In this document: one piece after another, positions 37,118 through 46,122 of the stretch
Numbering within the stretch: the first letter of the stretch is position 1
Layout: every line of letters begins with the position of its first letter
NCBI GenBank assembly: GCA_045659365.1
Contig: JAZOWT010000087.1
Span: 5-64,004 of the forward strand
Length of the DNA stretch: 64,000 bases
Direction of reading: 5' to 3'
Source of the DNA: Eubacteriales bacterium
Lineage (GTDB): Bacteria; Bacillota; Clostridia; Oscillospirales; CAG-272
Program-made: the position numbers and the translations under genes
Notes under the pieces: model-generated
Told to the model about the DNA's origin: nothing
The model's input: the letters and a program-made list of their open reading frames with translations, nothing else
The model's database searches: none

Positions 37118-39292
37118 TTAAACTCTGTTTCCGATTTCCGTGAAAATCGAAATTACGAAGGTAACCATCTTGGCAACAAGGCTGAAGAAGAGTACTGCGA
37201 TGAACGCGATAACAAGCATAGCAACGATTGTACCGAAAATAGTTACGATGTTCTTTTTAAGTGAGTAGTCATGAGTTACGAGAGTACCGAAGTACAGAAG
37301 GATACCAACCCATACATAACCTATGGTTGTGATAAGGGTGATCATCGACTGGGAGCTCGTGGTCATGAAGTTGGTGAGTACGGTGGATGCAACAAGGAAG
37401 ATCGGAAGGGGTGCGAGGGAGTAACCAACCGCGATGTAGATATCCTTGAAGCTACCTTCACCCTCGAAGAGGGTTGTAAGACACCAGTTAGATACTACGA
37501 AGAGGAAGAGGATCAAGCATACAACCGCGATTACGGCGAGAATGTTAACCGTTTCTCCTCTGGGGTTAAACGCGTAGCCTTCACCTATCGACTGATAGAA
37601 GAATGCAAGGATAGTGATTGCGATAATGGTAGATGCTGCCTTTACCGAGCCGCGCTTCTCGTGCTTCAAATCCCAGAAGCCGTCGAAGGGGTGGAATACA
37701 AGGTGGAATGAGAACAGAAGCTCTTCCCAATAGGTCTTCTTGCCGACCTTGAGGGCGGTTGCCTTGTTCTTCTTCTTTGCATATCCGAGGAACTTTGCAA
37801 CAAGAACGAGGGCCACGATTGCAAGGATGATGATAGGCAGGAGCCACTTGGAAACGATGTCCTTGTTTGCTGCTGCATGTGCATCAGACCAAACCTTGGT
37901 TTCATACGCGCTCTCGAGATATTCCATCGCGTCAGCGTATTTACCCTGGTTGTAGAGCGCCTTACCTATACCGATATAAGCAAGGTCGAGGTTGTTGTTA
38001 AGGGTAAGAACTCTTTCCCAGCTATCCTGAGCCGAGATGTAATCGTGCTGGTTCTCGTTAGAGAGAGCATGGATAAGTGAGTAGTAGTAATCAGTGGGGT
38101 CATAAACAGTAACCTTAGAGCCGCTGCTTGCAGTATCAAGAGCAACAAGGCGGTAGGTACCGTCAACAACCTGATAGGTTATTGCAGTGAAGGTTGCACC
38201 GTGGCCAAGCTGGTCACCCTTACCGCCAAAGGCGAAGAGGAGGTTACCGTTCTGGTCGTAGGTGAAGAAGCGGGAACGGGACTGGTCAAGAAGAGTCCAA
38301 GTACCCTCTGCACCGAGTGCAACGTCCTTGATCTGAGAAATATCAGCAACGTTAATAACAACTTCTCCACCGGGATCAAAGAAGCCGTTACGGTTCATGA
38401 TCTCCTTACCCTGAGAGTTAAGCTTCTTAACAGGAGAGTAAGTAGCCTTCTTGGTCTTTATAGAGGAGAGCTGATTCTTCTGCTCCTCGGGATCAAGGGG
38501 ATACATAGTGACGTAAACGAATCCGTCGTCGTCAACTGTGATGTTATTGTAGGGGGTAGCAAGCTTAAGCTCCTGAGTAAGACGGTTATCGGCAGACTGG
38601 AACTTAGCCCAGATGATGTCGATAAGGCTGTAGGAAACCTGCTGTGCACCGATGAATCCGGTGAAATCACCGTCACGAGTAAGAACGATTACACCCTCGT
38701 ATGCGGAGGGAGATACGATGAAGATTCGGCCGTAAATATCAACTGCGATCGCAGTGGGGTCGAACGCACCGTCACTAAGTATAGCACTGTCGGGCTTATA
38801 GATAGTTCTTATGTAATTGTACTCGCGGTCGAATACTACGACACGCTTATTACCTGTATCACAGATGTAGATGTAGCTGGAGTTATCGGAGGTCTTGCTT
38901 GCGTCGGTAACGTAAAGACCTGAGGGACTGTTAAAGGTCTGCGCAACGCCGTTCTCGTCAACGTAGCTCTCGATGATTGCGGTTGCTTCGTAGAACTTAT
39001 TGAGAACAACGATACGGTTATTACCCTTGTCGGCGATGTAGAGGTTTGCCTGATCGTCGCAGAAGATATCACTTGCAGTAGCAGAAAGACCTGCAACCGA
39101 GCTAAGCTTGGATATGTTCATATCGATCGAGTCAAAGTCGTCAACTGACGAGTATGCGTGAGGTGACTGAACTACCTCACCGTCGATGGAGTAGGTGTAG
39201 GTATCATAGGGCTCTGCTGCGGAGGAGTAAACGGTGCCGAAAAGCATAACCGCTATGAGTGCCATAATCAATATTTTGGTTATTTTCTTCAT
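37118..39292 (-). CDS. Fusion protein: signal peptide, NHL-repeat beta-propeller, TPR-like segment, TM, Yip1-type polytopic membrane domain
   Basis: NHL-like repeats DKGNNRIVVLNK, DTGNKRVVVFDR and QSRSRFFTYDQNGN. TPR-like GIGKALYNQGKYADAMEYLESAYE. Yip1-like entry FHLVFHPFDGFWDLKHEKRGS followed by 5 TM segments. Confidence 0.75.
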   Translation of the reverse strand: MKKITKILIMALIAVMLFGTVYSSAAEPYDTYTYSIDGEVVQSPHAYSSVDDFDSIDMNISKLSSVAGLSATASDIFCDDQANLYIADKGNNRIVVLNKFYEATAIIESYVDENGVAQTFNSPSGLYVTDASKTSDNSSYIYICDTGNKRVVVFDREYNYIRTIYKPDSAILSDGAFDPTAIAVDIYGRIFIVSPSAYEGVIVLTRDGDFTGFIGAQQVSYSLIDIIWAKFQSADNRLTQELKLATPYNNITVDDDGFVYVTMYPLDPEEQKNQLSSIKTKKATYSPVKKLNSQGKEIMNRNGFFDPGGEVVINVADISQIKDVALGAEGTWTLLDQSRSRFFTYDQNGNLLFAFGGKGDQLGHGATFTAITYQVVDGTYRLVALDTASSGSKVTVYDPTDYYYSLIHALSNENQHDYISAQDSWERVLTLNNNLDLAYIGIGKALYNQGKYADAMEYLESAYETKVWSDAHAAANKDIVSKWLLPIIILAIVALVLVAKFLGYAKKKNKATALKVGKKTYWEELLFSFHLVFHPFDGFWDLKHEKRGSVKAASTIIAITILAFFYQSIGEGYAFNPRGETVNILAVIAVVCLILFLFVVSNWCLTTLFEGEGSFKDIYIAVGYSLAPLPIFLVASTVLTNFMTTSSQSMITLITTIGYVWVGILLYFGTLVTHDYSLKKNIVTIFGTIVAMLVIAFIAVLFFSLVAKMVTFVISIFTEIGNRV

Positions 39293-39304
39293 ATTTCCTC
39301 CTTT

Positions 39305-40186
39305 TTAGTCCTTCATACCCGAGGATCCCATCGTTTCAACTATCTGGCTCTGGTTCAGGACGAAGATGAGAATAGGAACTATCATCATGATAACCGTTGC
39401 GGCAGCGCCGGCACCCGAACGTGCGATACCACCGTTAACGATCTGCTGAATAGCGTAGTTGAAGGTTTTAAGCTCCTCTGAGTGGATGTAAATAGATGCA
39501 CCTGTGTTCCAAAGGCCCTTGAAGCACTCGATGATAAGTGTCATCCATGCGGGCTTAACCATGGGCATCGCGATGGTCAGGTAGATTCTGAACTCGCTTG
39601 CACCGTCAAGTCGCGCGGACTCAAGAACGGTATCAGGAACAGATGTTTCCATGAACTGCTTCATAAGGTAAAGACCCATCGTACCTGCCAAGGAAGGAAC
39701 TATGATAGAAAGATAAGTATCGATCCAACCGAAGGAAGAAAGAATGATGAAGTGAGTTACCTGGTTAACAGTAGAGTGGAACATAAGAGACATAACTATG
39801 ATCTGGAAGATAATGTTTCTTCCGGGGAATCTAAGCTTGGAAAGCGAGTAAGCTGCCATCGAAGCGAAGATAAGGTTACCGAGAGTACCGCAAAGAGTAA
39901 TGAATACAGTATTGAATATGTATCTTGAGAAGGGTACCCACGAGTCACCCATAAGGGTTACAAGATCTCTGAAGTTATCAAATGTAGGGCTCTTAACGTA
40001 GAACTTAGGGGGGAACATGAAGAGCTCATCAAGAGGCTTAAGAGACTGAATTACAACGTAGTACATGGGGATGAACATGAACGCGCCCATGAGAATGAGT
40101 ACGAAGGTAATACCGGTATCACCGCCGGCAGAACGGTTAAGGACAACGCGGTGACCGCGTGTTCTGAGCTTTTTCAGTTTTGCCAT
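39305..40186 (-). CDS. CUT1 carbohydrate ABC transporter permease (LplC/MalG-like), first pair
   Basis: EAA loop LESARLDGASEFRIYLTIAMP. I prefer the ATG at 40186 (MAKLKK), 1 nt after the upstream TAA. Confidence 0.85.
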   Translation of the reverse strand: MAKLKKLRTRGHRVVLNRSAGGDTGITFVLILMGAFMFIPMYYVVIQSLKPLDELFMFPPKFYVKSPTFDNFRDLVTLMGDSWVPFSRYIFNTVFITLCGTLGNLIFASMAAYSLSKLRFPGRNIIFQIIVMSLMFHSTVNQVTHFIILSSFGWIDTYLSIIVPSLAGTMGLYLMKQFMETSVPDTVLESARLDGASEFRIYLTIAMPMVKPAWMTLIIECFKGLWNTGASIYIHSEELKTFNYAIQQIVNGGIARSGAGAAATVIMMIVPILIFVLNQSQIVETMGSSGMKD

Positions 40187-40187
40187 A

Positions 40188-41138
40188 TTACTCACCTACC
40201 TTCGCAAGTGCCTTCTTAATAATTATGTTGGAAGAAAGCATGATTATGAAGAGGATAACTGCTATTGCAGAAGCATAACCGATCTCATAACGTGCTCCAC
40301 CATAGTCATCAAGATGGTGCATTATTGTGTGTGCTGCATAATCGACTGAGGGGAATCCGCAAAGCGCGGTAACGACACCACCAAAGCCGAAGGAGTTGGT
40401 GATCGCAAGAACGGCACCGAACATCACCTGAGGACGCATGGTCGGAAGCGTGATGTACCAAAGCTCCTCCCTACGGTTCTTAATTCCGTCAACGGCTGCT
40501 GCCTCGTACATCGAGCGGTCGATGGTCTGGAAGCCCGCGATGAACGACAGGAATGCCGTACCAAGTGAGGTCCAGAGTGCAACCACGATACAAAGACCCA
40601 TTACGTACTTAGCATCCTCGAACCAAAGGATCGGGGTGTTGATAATACCAAGGTCGATAAGAGTTGCGTTTGCCCAACCATAAGAGTCAGAGGAGAACAG
40701 AGTCTTCCAAATAAGGTAAACCTGACCGGAAATGGAGGGAGCGTAGAAGACAAGGGTTACTACGGCACGGATCTTAGGTGGAAGCTCGTTGATGAACCAC
40801 GCGATCAAAAGAGAAAGCAGGTAAGAAACGGGACCGGTAACCGCTGCGAAGATAAGCGTGTTCTGGCACGCGAGGAGGAATATTTCATCCTCCGTGAAAA
40901 GTCGCGTATAGTTTGCAAGGCCCTGCCAGCCGGGCATCTGGAGCATGTTAAAGTCTGTAAAGCTAAGAATGATCGAAAGGAATACAGGGAGAACCGTGAA
41001 AATTATGAAAAGGAGGAAGAAGGGGGCAAGCATAAAGTAAGCTGTCTTGTTCTTTTTCATTTCCTTCCATGTCCACTGAAGCTTCGACATTTCAGAACGC
41101 TTTACAGGACGCTTTGTCGCTGTATTTTCTTGTGACAT
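40188..41138 (-). CDS. CUT1 carbohydrate ABC transporter permease (LplB/MalF-like), first pair
   Basis: EAA loop YEAAAVDGIKNRREELWYITLP. AAAGGAGAA RBS. Confidence 0.85.
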   Translation of the reverse strand: MSQENTATKRPVKRSEMSKLQWTWKEMKKNKTAYFMLAPFFLLFIIFTVLPVFLSIILSFTDFNMLQMPGWQGLANYTRLFTEDEIFLLACQNTLIFAAVTGPVSYLLSLLIAWFINELPPKIRAVVTLVFYAPSISGQVYLIWKTLFSSDSYGWANATLIDLGIINTPILWFEDAKYVMGLCIVVALWTSLGTAFLSFIAGFQTIDRSMYEAAAVDGIKNRREELWYITLPTMRPQVMFGAVLAITNSFGFGGVVTALCGFPSVDYAAHTIMHHLDDYGGARYEIGYASAIAVILFIIMLSSNIIIKKALAKVGE

Positions 41139-41164
41139 TACTTATTTCTCCTTTCTGTAATTCC

Positions 41165-44100
41165 TTAGTTAGTGGGGTTTCTCTTCTCCGGAGGGATGTA
41201 CTCCTCACCGGTCTGAAGAACGGCTAGACCAAACTCCTGACGCTTACGAGTGATCTCGGAGTTCATCGCATCGATGTACTGGCTGAGAGCCTCAACTGCG
41301 TTAGCGCCGTCATTTACTGTTTCAAGGAAAGCAAACTTCATGTATCTATCCTTAATATAAGAGCCGGGGTAGTTAACGATGGAGGACATGTGCTCCATCT
41401 GGTCTCTGATTGCTGCGTGCTCGCTAGCAGTCCATGAGAGGTAGTCGATTGCATTCTTGTTAGCTGCATTGTACTTTGCAGAGGGACCGATAAGAGCAAC
41501 CATCTTGTTACCGTAGTTACCCTGTACCTTTGCAGAGGTCTGCCACTGGAGGTATGCCCATGCAGCAGCGGTGTTATCACAGCCGTGAAGCATTACGGTA
41601 GCGCTTACGCCGGCAAGAGAGTTGTAGTTGATGATCTCCTTGCCATCCTCGTCGTACTCACCGGTTTCACTTCCGGGCAGCGGGCAGAACTCCCACAAGC
41701 CCTCAATCTCAGTTGCATAAACTGTAAGAGTGTTGTATGTACCAACGTAGTCACCTACAACGATGGGCATCTCACCGGTTCTGAAACGGTTAGGTGCATC
41801 GTAGGATACGGGGAACGAGTAGTCGGTGTAAAGACGGCAAACGAATGCGAACGTATCAAGCGCAACGGTGGAGTCGAGGTCGATTCTGGCACCTGCGTAC
41901 TCAGCGTCATCCTCGTACTTCCAAAGGCTTCCGCCCTTCTGGTAAAGCATGAAGTCGAGTGCTGCAATATAGCTTACACCAACCTGCATGTTGTTAGCCT
42001 GAAGAGTAGGAAGAATGGAGAGAAGGTCAGACCATGTCTCAGGAACCTCCTGACCGAGATCGGCAAGGATGTCCATGCGGTAGAACATCATAGCAAAGCT
42101 CATCTCGGAGGGAACGCCGTATACGATACCGCCAAGCTCGAGAGTATCGGTTGCGGCACTTACGTAGTTATCACCCTGAACCTTATCGAAGGTTTCGGAA
42201 ATGAATGTGAGCTTACCCTTGCTGGGATCAAGTTCGTTGGTGTAAGAATAGGTTTCAGTCTCTTCATCATAATAGATGTAGCTTTCAGTATTGAACACAG
42301 CCTTGGTGGGATCGTTACGGAACGCCTCTACTGCGGGAACGTCGTCATGGGTGCTACCAATACTCATTACCGCGTCACGAATAGCGTAGTTAATAACGTC
42401 AGATGAACCAAGACCCATATATATATCGGGGCCCTTACCTGCAAGGATTGAGGGAAGAAGAGTACCACCGGTAACGAGCTTAAGGTTTACACCGTAGCCC
42501 GTCTGATCGGTAAAGCCTTCCTTCGCGTCAACCATGGTACGCCAGATGTTAGACTGGTCACGACCGGTTGCAAGCCATACGTCAACCGATACGGTGTCTT
42601 CATCAGGCTCAACGGTCAAGCCCATCGCATCGTAATCAATGATGAAAGAATATATGAAAGATCTGATTTCGAACCAAAGTGAGCTGAAGAATCCCGCCTT
42701 TGCCTTCGGGAGATCGTCACTGCTGGTATCGGAGGGAACGATAGAAATGCTATCTACGATAAGAGTTCCCTTCTTGGAGTTGTTGATCCAAGTACCGAGC
42801 GTACCGAGGTACGATTTAAGGTTAGACATATTAGCGGCAACGTCGTCACCGTTATTCTGACCCATTTTATTGAGAAGGATAGCGATAGTTTCAAGTGTAG
42901 CTACGTGAGAACCGTTGGTTCCGCAAAGCTCGATAAGCTCTGCCTGAACGTCCATAAGCTCCTTCGACTGATTGATAAGGTTTACAAGAACCTCAGGAAT
43001 GATAGCGAAGAACTGGTAGTCACGGTATTCGTCAGGAGAAGAGCCGGTAAGCTGAAGAATGGTAAGATAGCTCTCGTTTACAGAGCTAAGAACCGCCTCA
43101 ACTCTCTGGATAAGGTTCTTAAGAGAACCGAGAGAGCACTCAAGGTAAAGAGTGTACTCTACGCCCTTTTCGAAGTAGAACTCAAAGGCATCAATGTTTC
43201 CGTCACCAACGTAGTCGGACTGCCAGTTCTTGTCGTAGTTGAACTGTGCACTGTATGCCTCAACGAAGGGAGCGGTGGGAGTTCCGTCTGCAAGACCGTA
43301 AGAACCGCCGGCAAGCTTGATAGCACGACAGATGTACATACCCTGAAGAGCACTCTGCATGTAACGCATGCTGATCTTGTAAAGACCGGTCTCGGTTACG
43401 GTGAACTTATAAGCAGCCCACTGACCTACGGTGTTATAGCTGTTCTCACCTATTACGTTGTAAACCTGCGCATTGGGGTGAGAGGGGTAGGTAGCGGAAG
43501 AAGAGTTGTCGTTGGTCGCGTAAACCGAGGAGTCGGATACGAGATCGGGGAACTCAGCCTGGATGTTGATGATGCTACCGTTGGTTGCAGCGGTATAGCC
43601 CTTGTCCTCATACTCCTTCTTAACCTCATCGTAAGTGGGGAGGTCAATCTCGGTAGAGGTATCTGCCTCAGCACCCTCGTAGCCATAAGGAATGAGCTCG
43701 ATGGCCTTGATGATAACAGGCTCGCGCTCTGCCTCAAGGGTGATCTGGTGAGAACCGTTGAGAAGATAGAAGGTAAAGAAGCCATCATAGTAACCGGTAG
43801 AGTCCTGGCAGTAGTAGGTATTCCAAGAAGGGATAGCCTGTACGTTAGGAAGCATAGAGTTACCGTTGATATCCTCAGTGATGGTGTAGGTCTTTACAGT
43901 CTTAACGCCATCCTTAACGGTAGTAACCACCTTCTGATAGCCTGCATCGGCATCATCATAGTAGCTGACGTTATAGGAGTCTTCTTCATCAGTCTCGGTA
44001 ACCTCTTCGTTAACGTAGGTGAACTCCCACGACTTATCGAAGGTAATGTTACTGGACTCATCAAAGGGAACCGCGCCGTCTATAAGAAGCTTACGCTCGA

Positions 44101-44611
44101 TAGAGCTTATGCTGCTAGGGCTTCCTACGGGCTTCTGATCGTCGCCACTGATGTTACAGCTGTAATACACGATTTTGATGTAGTAGTATCCAGATGCATT
44201 ATCAGGAAGGGTGAATGTCCAGGTGGACTGTCCGGAAGAGGGCAGGTAAACAGAAGAAGAGCCATTCTCTTCCCCGAAGTTATGCCACAAATCAGGATTC
44301 TTGTCCTTCGCTATATCACAGTCCTGGCTAGCATCGGGCGTCTGCGCGCTGCTACCCGGAATGAGATTATTAACGATGTCGACCTTGATGATTTCTGCAT
44401 TGGGATTGGCGATCACCGCGCCATGCTCTTCGAGATACTCGTCGTAGGACGATACACCTACGAGCTGCTTCATCTCCTCAAGTGAGGAAGCGGTGTCGCG
44501 GTTAGTGCCACGGTCGGTATCAGCCGCCATAGCAGTGATCGCAATCACGCCGAAGAGCGTTGTCGCAGAAAGAATCAGACAAAGGACTTTCTGTAACAAT
44601 GATTTTTTCAT
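41165..44611 (-). CDS. Giant (1148-aa) extracellular solute-binding protein: ~640-aa N-terminal extension with two beta-sandwich (CBM-like) modules plus a C-terminal family-1 SBP domain
   Basis: Signal peptide ending TAMAAD. CBM-like strings STWTFTLPDNASGYYYIKIVYY and WAAYKFTVTETGLYKISMRY. SBP part starts around VDVWLATGRDQSNIW...AGKGPDIYMG. Confidence 0.8.
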   Translation of the reverse strand: MKKSLLQKVLCLILSATTLFGVIAITAMAADTDRGTNRDTASSLEEMKQLVGVSSYDEYLEEHGAVIANPNAEIIKVDIVNNLIPGSSAQTPDASQDCDIAKDKNPDLWHNFGEENGSSSVYLPSSGQSTWTFTLPDNASGYYYIKIVYYSCNISGDDQKPVGSPSSISSIERKLLIDGAVPFDESSNITFDKSWEFTYVNEEVTETDEEDSYNVSYYDDADAGYQKVVTTVKDGVKTVKTYTITEDINGNSMLPNVQAIPSWNTYYCQDSTGYYDGFFTFYLLNGSHQITLEAEREPVIIKAIELIPYGYEGAEADTSTEIDLPTYDEVKKEYEDKGYTAATNGSIINIQAEFPDLVSDSSVYATNDNSSSATYPSHPNAQVYNVIGENSYNTVGQWAAYKFTVTETGLYKISMRYMQSALQGMYICRAIKLAGGSYGLADGTPTAPFVEAYSAQFNYDKNWQSDYVGDGNIDAFEFYFEKGVEYTLYLECSLGSLKNLIQRVEAVLSSVNESYLTILQLTGSSPDEYRDYQFFAIIPEVLVNLINQSKELMDVQAELIELCGTNGSHVATLETIAILLNKMGQNNGDDVAANMSNLKSYLGTLGTWINNSKKGTLIVDSISIVPSDTSSDDLPKAKAGFFSSLWFEIRSFIYSFIIDYDAMGLTVEPDEDTVSVDVWLATGRDQSNIWRTMVDAKEGFTDQTGYGVNLKLVTGGTLLPSILAGKGPDIYMGLGSSDVINYAIRDAVMSIGSTHDDVPAVEAFRNDPTKAVFNTESYIYYDEETETYSYTNELDPSKGKLTFISETFDKVQGDNYVSAATDTLELGGIVYGVPSEMSFAMMFYRMDILADLGQEVPETWSDLLSILPTLQANNMQVGVSYIAALDFMLYQKGGSLWKYEDDAEYAGARIDLDSTVALDTFAFVCRLYTDYSFPVSYDAPNRFRTGEMPIVVGDYVGTYNTLTVYATEIEGLWEFCPLPGSETGEYDEDGKEIINYNSLAGVSATVMLHGCDNTAAAWAYLQWQTSAKVQGNYGNKMVALIGPSAKYNAANKNAIDYLSWTASEHAAIRDQMEHMSSIVNYPGSYIKDRYMKFAFLETVNDGANAVEALSQYIDAMNSEITRKRQEFGLAVLQTGEEYIPPEKRNPTN

Positions 44612-44682
44612 TTGTTTTCCTCCAAATATTCTTTTTCAGCACATGTTATACAATAATAATATAAAAATGCCTATTTGCAACG

Positions 44683-44711
44683 ATTATATCACACGAAACG
44701 GCAAAAGTCAA
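44683..44711 (-). promoter_or_regulatory. Near-consensus sigma-A promoter of the 13-kb operon
   Basis: On the minus strand: TTGACT (44706-44711), 17-nt spacer, TATAAT (44683-44688). Lies about 70 nt upstream of the SBP ATG (RBS GGAGGAA). Confidence 0.6.
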
Positions 44712-45020
44712 TACATCTAATTATATACGGGCGAGCGTTAGATAGGGCTCTAATTTATTAGAATTATGGCATCGCGCACCAAAATGTAAAGTATTATTTA
44801 CATTACGTTTTATGTTTTTTGATTGATTTGAAAATATGTAACTCAAAATCATCATTTTTGCCCCAAAAAATCTGGTTTTTCCTCGTTTTGGCTGCATATG
44901 GTAAATTAGAGTTACTTTTTTAACACTATTTCAAGCAATTTGACACTTGTAAAATGGTTAACAAACATTTTGTGCATAATATACAAAAACTCGATGTTTT
45001 TTTCTACACCAGATTTTTTA

Positions 45021-45077
45021 GTAAAAAAGCAAAAACAGGGTGCAAAACGGCATGTTTCATCCATTTTGCACCCTGTT
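45021..45077 (-). terminator. Rho-independent terminator after mnmA
   Basis: 14-nt stem AACAGGGTGCAAAA (45034-45047) pairs with TTTTGCACCCTGTT (45064-45077). On the minus strand it is followed by TTTTGCTTTTTT. Confidence 0.75.
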
Positions 45078-45084
45078 TGGCGCG

Positions 45085-46122
45085 TTATTCACCATCTATA
45101 AAGCCGCCTGCGACCACAGTATCGGCATCGTAAAGCACCGCCGACTGGCCGGGAGTAAGCGATCTTGCGGGTTCGGAAAGCACCAGCTTTGCCCTGCCCT
45201 GACCCAAGAATTTAACTGTACAATCTATTGGCGGAGCCTGATATCTGAGCTTAACGAAAAGGCGTTTTTCCTCACCGGGATCCGGCTCTGAAATGCCCGA
45301 AAACACCATGCCTGAAACGGTTACAGTACCGGACATAGGTGCCTCAAGAGATATAATAACACGATTGGTCGTGGGATCTATTTCCTTTACAAAAGCGCGG
45401 GCACCGAGCGATATTCCAAGGCCCTTGCGCTGTCCGACAGTGTAATTGATTATACCCTCGTGCTTGCCGATCACCCTGCCCTCTTCGTCCACAAAATCGC
45501 CCGGCATTGACTTGCCGATGCGATCCTCGATATATCCGGCATAATTGCCGTCGGGGATAAAGCATATCTCCTGGCTATCAGGAGAGTCCGCAGAAGAAAG
45601 TCCGTGCGCACGTGCCTCGGCGCGAAGCTGCTCCTTGGTCATATCGCCAAGAGGAAGCATGAGCTTTGAAAGAACGTCCTGTGGCAAGCGCCAGAGCATA
45701 TATGTCTGATCCTTTTTGCCATCATCAGCGCGTTTAACGGCATAGCGGACACCCGACTCGGTATCTACCTTAATAATATTAGCATAATGGCCTGTTGCAA
45801 TCGCGTCAAAGCTGTTTTTCACCGCGTAATCGTGCAAAAGCCTGAACTTTACGTCACTGTTACAAACTATACAGGGGTTCGGGGTACGGGCGCGGGAATA
45901 TTCCTCAGTAAAATCAGGTATAACACATTTATTGAAGCTATCTCTTGCATCAATAACGACAAGCGGTATGCCCACCGACTCGGCAGCGGCCCTTGCCGCG
46001 GTGATATCTGTATATTCGTGCATAATGAGGACGGCGCCCTCAACAGTATGACCCTGCTCCTTCAATCTGAAGGCCGCATAAGTGCTGTCGACGCCGCCGC
46101 TCATTCCTATAAGTATTCTCAT
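45085..46122 (-). CDS. mnmA: tRNA 2-thiouridine(34) synthase
   Basis: PP-loop motif GMSGGVDS plus the family-typical pattern and length. Confidence 0.9.
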   Translation of the reverse strand: MRILIGMSGGVDSTYAAFRLKEQGHTVEGAVLIMHEYTDITAARAAAESVGIPLVVIDARDSFNKCVIPDFTEEYSRARTPNPCIVCNSDVKFRLLHDYAVKNSFDAIATGHYANIIKVDTESGVRYAVKRADDGKKDQTYMLWRLPQDVLSKLMLPLGDMTKEQLRAEARAHGLSSADSPDSQEICFIPDGNYAGYIEDRIGKSMPGDFVDEEGRVIGKHEGIINYTVGQRKGLGISLGARAFVKEIDPTTNRVIISLEAPMSGTVTVSGMVFSGISEPDPGEEKRLFVKLRYQAPPIDCTVKFLGQGRAKLVLSEPARSLTPGQSAVLYDADTVVAGGFIDGE

